Assembly (NCBI GenBank): GCA_963844865.1
Contig: CAWJPY010000013.1
Coordinates: 135,821 to 199,820 of the forward strand
DNA: 64,000 nucleotides
From: an uncultured Holophagae bacterium
GTDB taxonomy: Bacteria > Acidobacteriota > Thermoanaerobaculia > Thermoanaerobaculales > Sulfomarinibacteraceae
Direction of reading: 5' to 3'
A program made the translations under genes and the position numbers. Below, piece after piece: positions 59,810 to 64,000 of this stretch (position 1 is the stretch's first letter; each line of letters starts with the position of its first letter). The notes beneath the pieces are model-generated. The model searched no databases and was not told the origin of the DNA. It saw only the letters and a program-made list of their open reading frames with translations.

Positions 59810-60393
59810 GCCTCAGGCTCATCGCCCTGGACTGCCCGGCCTGCGGCTCGGCCATGGCGGGCGCCCCCCAGGACATGCTCTACTTCTGCCCCCACTGCGG
59901 CTCCGGCGCCACTCTCGGCAAGGACGGTCTCGAGACCGTGGAGTCAACCGCCCTCCTGGCCGCGCCCGGCCGCCACCCCACGACGTGGCGCCCGGCCTGG
60001 CTGATCACCGCCGACGTGGTGGTGGACCAGCGGATCCGCGCCGACGGCCGGCAGACCGAGGGCTCCCGCGGCGCCCGCACCTTCGTGGTCCCGGCCTTCG
60101 ACCTGCCCCTGGCCGACCTGGTGGAGCTCTCCCGGGCGCTGGCCGAGGGTGCAGCGACGGCGGCCGAGGTCCCCCACGAGGCGATCCGCGGGGGCACCCT
60201 GTCGCTGGCAGACGCCCTGACCCTGGTCCGCCACGTGGTGGTGGGGGACGAGGTGCGCAAGCCCGACATGCTGGCCTCGGTCCAGGTGGAGGTCACGGAG
60301 ACCGGCCACCGCCTCGCGGCCATCCCCTTCGAGGAGCTGCCCGACGGCCGCCTGCGCTGCGCCGTCACCGGCGTCACCATCCGGGCCCAGTGA
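59806..60393 (+). CDS. Soluble zinc-ribbon protein (195 aa), last gene of the operon
   Basis: GTG start in a GTGA overlap with the upstream stop. 'LDCPACGSAMAGAPQDMLYFCPHCGS'. No TM helix. Confidence 0.55.
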   Translation: MSLRLIALDCPACGSAMAGAPQDMLYFCPHCGSGATLGKDGLETVESTALLAAPGRHPTTWRPAWLITADVVVDQRIRADGRQTEGSRGARTFVVPAFDLPLADLVELSRALAEGAATAAEVPHEAIRGGTLSLADALTLVRHVVVGDEVRKPDMLASVQVEVTETGHRLAAIPFEELPDGRLRCAVTGVTIRAQ

Positions 60394-60492
60394 TCAGCCT
60401 CCGCGGCAGCGACCGTGGGCAGGGACCGTGATCGGCAATCCGCGGCGGCCCTCCGCGTCAGGGTTCAGCGCCAACAATCAGCGGCAGCGATC
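60394..60492. repeat. Family-D micro-repeat tract replacing the 5' half of the RAYT gene
   Basis: gatcagcctccgcggcagcgaccgtgggcagggaccgtgatcggcaatccgcgg...caatcagcggcagcgatccgcgg. Confidence 0.5.
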
Positions 60493-61186
60493 CGCGGGCC
60501 CCCTGTGGCAGAGCAGGTACAAGGCGCGGCTGGTCGAGGACTCGCGGTACCTGGAGCAGCTGGTCGCGTACATCCACCTCATCCCGGTGGTGGCCAAGGT
60601 CGTGGACGACCCGGCTGGCTATCCCCACTGCGGGCACCTCGAGCTGATCAAGAAGACGGCGGAGCCGCTGGTTGACAGGGACGAGACGCTGGGGATGTAC
60701 GGGGACGCCCAGCAAAGCGCTCGGCGCCAGTATGTTCGAGCGCTGCAGGGTGCGCGCACAGCCGAGTGGAGAGAGGCCCTGCCGGGCAGGCTTCCGTGGT
60801 GGAAGCACGAGGCGGACCGACCCCTCGATGTGAGGGCGCCGGACGCGTGGGTGGACGAGCAAGGGGTGAGTACAGGCAGAGAGAGGGCGGAGTTGTCGGC
60901 CCGGGATTTTGTCGCGCTGGCGTGCCGTGCCCTGGAGGCAGACGTCGGAGAGCTTCAGGGAAACGGGTACGGGCGCCGGGCTTCGCGGCAGCGGATCCTC
61001 CTGGCAGCGGTGGGAGTGGAGCGCTGGCGGCAGAGTGCGCGGGAGCTGGGGAGGATCCTCGGTCGACGCGGCGACGTGATCTCGCGGTGGGTGCGCTGGG
61101 GAGCTGCACGGAGGCAGACGTATGCGGATTTTGCGGACGCCTACGACGAACTGGATCGCGAGCTCAGCACGATGGTCGGCTCCTAG
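60428..61186 (+). mobile_element. 5'-truncated REP-associated tyrosine transposase (RAYT, IS200-like Y1 family) with DnaA-C-like HTH tail. Remnant or pseudogene.
   Basis: Homology begins at 'GPLWQSRYKARLVEDSRYLEQLVAYIHLIPVVAKVVDDPAGYP' (the catalytic-Tyr block G-x-[LF]-[WF]-Q-x-RY...YIHxNPV). The HUH-containing N-terminal half, about 110 aa, is absent. The first roughly 22 codons of the ORF are translated repeat DNA. Confidence 0.6.
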
Positions 61187-61213
61187 GAGGAAAAGTGTCA
61201 AAAGTGTCGGCCC

Positions 61214-61235
61214 TGGCACCTATATGGCACCTATA
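61214..61235 (+). promoter_or_regulatory. 11-nt direct repeat TGGCACCTATA x2. It reads as a sigma54-like -24/-12 element TGGCAC-N5-TGGCA.
   Basis: tggcacctata tggcacctata gg, about 260 nt upstream of the TolC-like gene. Consensus is TGGCAC-N5-TTGCW (one mismatch in the -12 box). Preceded by aaagtgtc aaaagtgtc. Confidence 0.3.
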
Positions 61236-61494
61236 GGTAGTGTCCGAGCAGGCGCTGGAGCGGCGCCAGAAAACTCTGTGGAGATCTGGAAGACTAGGGT
61301 CGGCCTCAAGCGTTGCCGAGTGCACTCGTGACGGTGCCGCGGTGCGCCCGCCGGTCTCGCAGGCGCCTTGCACATCGGCGGCGGAGATGGCAGGCTGTCA
61401 CGGCAAGCCGAATCCTCCCGAGGTGAGATTCCACGGGAGGCACAACGTACGATCCAGCCGCAGCAGCGCGGTGACCAGGCCTGACGGAGGCTTC

Positions 61495-62772
61495 ATGCAT
61501 GCCCCCAAGACCTTGATCGGAGCGCTCGTCCTCGCCCTTGCCGCCGCGCCCGCCGCCGCCGATTCCAGTGCCCTGGAACGCCTCCACGGCGCCGTGGAGA
61601 GCGCCTGGCGGAACGCCCCCGATCTCGAGGTCCGCCGCGCGGAGCTGACCGCGGCGGCGGCCGAGCACCGCGCCGAGGCAGCGGCCGGGTCGCCGATGGT
61701 GGAGTGGCAGCGCGAGGGCATCGGGTCGTCGTTCACCAACCGGGACAACGCCCAGACGACGCTTCGCCTCGGGGCGCCCTTCGTGCCGCCGTGGGAGTGG
61801 GGGGACGTGCGCGCGGTCAACAGGGACGCCGGCCTCTTCACCGAGGACGGCATCCGCGCCGCCCGCCACGATCTCGCCGCGCGCGTGGCGACCGATTGGC
61901 TCCAGCTCGCCGCCACGCTCGACGAGCTGGAGGTGGCGCGGGGCCGGCTGGAGCGCCTCGAGCAGGCGGTGACGCTGCAGACCCACCGCCGTGACCTCGG
62001 CGAGGTGGCGGGCATCGAGGTGGTCCAGCTCGAGCTCGAGCGCCTGCGCGAGGCGGGCCACGTCCACCAGCTCCAAAGCGGCGTCGCCGCGGCCCGGGCC
62101 CGGCTCGTCGAGCTCGCCGGTCCCGACGCACCACTCCCCGTCGCCGGAGACCTCGTCGCGCTGGTCGGGCTGCCGTCCACCCTGCCTCCCGCTGCCGATC
62201 TCGAGGCCCGGATCGCCGACGGCCCCCTCGCCCGTGCCGCCACGGCCCAGGCCCGGGTGATGGCGTCGCGGGCGGGCCTCCTCTCCGAGGCCGCGTGGGG
62301 CCGACCCGAAGCCGAGGCCGAGTGGGAGCGTTTCCCGGCGCTGGACGGCATCCCCGGTTACGATGCCGCAGGCGTGCGGGTGAGCTGGCCTCTCCCCCTG
62401 GGCCGCGCCGGCCGGGAGCGTGCTGCTGCCGCCAGGGCCACCGCGGCCGCGGCAACGGCCTCCGCCGCCGTCACCCTGCGCGAGCTGGAGCGTCGGGCCC
62501 GCACGGCGAGCGCCGCCGCGGACAACGCCGCCCGGGTGCTCGCGGAGGCGGAGCCGGTGATGGCGAGCCTCGGCAGTGCGGAGCGCTCGCTGGCGGAGCA
62601 GTTCCGCCTCGGCGCGGTGTCCTACCTCGTGTACATCGACGGCCTGTCGCGTCTCGACGACGTGCGCACCCAGGTGATCGGCGCTCGCCTCGACCTGCTC
62701 ACGGCCCGGGTGGACCTGGCCCGGGTGCTGGGCTCGGGAAGCGCCTTCCCCCTCCCGGAGGTCTCGCCATGA
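61495..62772 (+). CDS. TolC-family outer-membrane efflux protein (CzcC-like)
   Basis: Start at ATG 61495 after gacggagg. Signal peptide 'LIGALVLALAAAPAAA', then two repeats of long helical hairpin sequence. ATGA overlap with the adaptor gene. Confidence 0.75.
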   Translation: MHAPKTLIGALVLALAAAPAAADSSALERLHGAVESAWRNAPDLEVRRAELTAAAAEHRAEAAAGSPMVEWQREGIGSSFTNRDNAQTTLRLGAPFVPPWEWGDVRAVNRDAGLFTEDGIRAARHDLAARVATDWLQLAATLDELEVARGRLERLEQAVTLQTHRRDLGEVAGIEVVQLELERLREAGHVHQLQSGVAAARARLVELAGPDAPLPVAGDLVALVGLPSTLPPAADLEARIADGPLARAATAQARVMASRAGLLSEAAWGRPEAEAEWERFPALDGIPGYDAAGVRVSWPLPLGRAGRERAAAARATAAAATASAAVTLRELERRARTASAAADNAARVLAEAEPVMASLGSAERSLAEQFRLGAVSYLVYIDGLSRLDDVRTQVIGARLDLLTARVDLARVLGSGSAFPLPEVSP

Positions 62773-63887
62773 AGCACGCCCTGACCGCCCTGACGCTCAT
62801 CGTCCTGCCCCTCGGAACCGCCGCCGCGCAACCAGCCACGGTGCGCCTCGACGCCGCCGAGCAGACGCGTGCGGGCGTCGCGGTGTCACCGGCCGCCGAG
62901 CGCTCCTTCGCCGACCAGGTCCGGGTGGTGGGACAGGTGGTCGGCGCCCCCGGGAGCACGGTGGCTGTGAAGTCCGTTGTCGCCGGGCGGGTGGAGGAGA
63001 TCCTGGTGAGCCCCGGAGACCGGGTGCGGACGGGCGACCCGCTGATCGTCCTCCATTCCCACGCCGTGCTCACCCTCCACGGGGAGCTCCTGCGCACCCA
63101 CCGGGAGCTGCAGCTTGCACAGAATCGACTCGACGCCGGGCGCCAGCTCTACGAGCTGGAAGGCATCAGCCGGATGGAGCTGGACCGCCGCTCCCAGGAG
63201 GCGCTGGCGGCGCGGCTCGCCTACGAGCAGGCCCGGGCCGAGCTCATCGACCTCGGCTACACCGAGGAGGGTGTCGACCGCGACCTCGAGGAGCAGGAGA
63301 CCGAGCCCCACCTCACCGTGCGCGCACCCGCACCGGGGGTGGTCCTCGACCTGCCGGTGCAGCAGCACGAGTGGATCGAGTCGTACGCGACGCTGACGGT
63401 GCTCGGCGACCCGGCGCAGGTGGAGCTGCAGCTCCAGCTTCCCCCGGACGAGGCCCACAGCGTGGCGGCGGGCGACGAGATCCGCTTCGGGCTGGTGGGG
63501 CGCGACGCCGACCAGGGGCGGGCGGTGGTGGCGACGAGGGTCCCGCGCGTCGACCCCCAGACCCGCACGGTGATGGTGCGGGCGCGCATCCTCGATGCCC
63601 CGGGGAACCTCTTCCCCGGCGTGTTCGTGGAGGGCATGCTGCAGCGCGGCGCCGCCCGCACGGCGGTGTCGGTGCCCGAGGCGGCGGTGACCCGGATCGG
63701 TGAGCATGACGCGGTGTTCGTCCGCCAGGGCCCCGAGACCTTCGCGGTGCGCCAGGTCTCCCTGGGCCGGCACGGTGACGCGGCGTACGAGGTGACGGAC
63801 GGGCTGTCCGTGGGCGAAGAGATCGCCACGGCCGGCGTCTTCTTCCTCAAGTCGGCCCTCCTCAAGGGCTCCGGCGGGGAGAGCTGA
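62769..63887 (+). CDS. RND efflux periplasmic adaptor subunit (CzcB/CusB-like)
   Basis: Signal peptide 'LTLIVLPLGTAAA', 'VKSVVAGRVEEILVSPGDRVRTGDPLIVL', a helical hairpin, then 'TVRAPAPGVVLDL'. Confidence 0.85.
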   Translation: MKHALTALTLIVLPLGTAAAQPATVRLDAAEQTRAGVAVSPAAERSFADQVRVVGQVVGAPGSTVAVKSVVAGRVEEILVSPGDRVRTGDPLIVLHSHAVLTLHGELLRTHRELQLAQNRLDAGRQLYELEGISRMELDRRSQEALAARLAYEQARAELIDLGYTEEGVDRDLEEQETEPHLTVRAPAPGVVLDLPVQQHEWIESYATLTVLGDPAQVELQLQLPPDEAHSVAAGDEIRFGLVGRDADQGRAVVATRVPRVDPQTRTVMVRARILDAPGNLFPGVFVEGMLQRGAARTAVSVPEAAVTRIGEHDAVFVRQGPETFAVRQVSLGRHGDAAYEVTDGLSVGEEIATAGVFFLKSALLKGSGGES

Positions 63888-63888
63888 C

Positions 63889-64000
63889 ATGACCCGCCTG
63901 GTGGAGCTCTCCCTGGCCCACCGCCTGGTGGTGATCCTGCTGGCGCTGCTCCTGGTGGCGGCCGGGGTCACGGCCCTGCGCCAGCTGCCCATCGACGCCT
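63889..64000 (+). CDS. RND efflux pump inner-membrane subunit (CzcA/CusA family), N-terminal 37 codons only (runs off the window)
   Basis: ATG 63889, 1 nt after the adaptor stop. 'MTRLVELSLAHRLVVILLALLLVAAGVTALRQLPIDA' matches the conserved ACR_tran N-terminus. Confidence 0.75.
   Translation, partial: MTRLVELSLAHRLVVILLALLLVAAGVTALRQLPIDA

Overview
Very GC-rich (about 70% by eye) bacterial chromosomal segment. Gene content and repeat types suggest an Acidobacteriota-like lineage, but that is inference only. Most of the window is core metabolism: phnE (partial), the sucA-sucB-lpdA 2-oxoglutarate dehydrogenase operon, a Sir2/CobB deacylase, an NfnAB/GltD-like oxidoreductase pair, a tightly coupled hemA-hemC-hemD-hemB-hemL-hemE operon plus hemN, and a type-B sdhCAB operon. 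Accessory content: a MacAB-type ABC efflux operon; an RpiR-regulated locus with an outer-membrane receptor, a secreted cyanophycinase and an M20 peptidase; an MFS transporter; a TolC/CzcB/CzcA-like RND efflux operon (runs off the 3' edge); a DUF4388 protein; a TerB-like protein; and a large GT-C-like membrane protein. Three regions stand out. (1) A five-gene operon at 56.3-60.4 kb encodes an unassigned helical protein, an SPFH protein with a double zinc ribbon, and three further zinc-ribbon proteins. (2) The imuA-imuB / dnaE2 mutagenesis cassette is split by an inverted blaI-blaR1(M56-TonB_C) module. A 60-nt imuB 3' relic and a second copy of the imuA promoter/operator sit in front of dnaE2. 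(3) Nearly every long intergenic region is filled with several repeat families, including a 3 x 316-bp tandem array, and there is a 5'-truncated RAYT transposase remnant. Six genes (dnaE2, an MtfA-like peptidase, SOD, hemL, sdhA, gltD-like) are frameshifted as assembled. At least two of the shifts are +/-1 in G-runs, so assembly error is a serious alternative to pseudogenisation. I found no rRNA, tRNA or CRISPR array.
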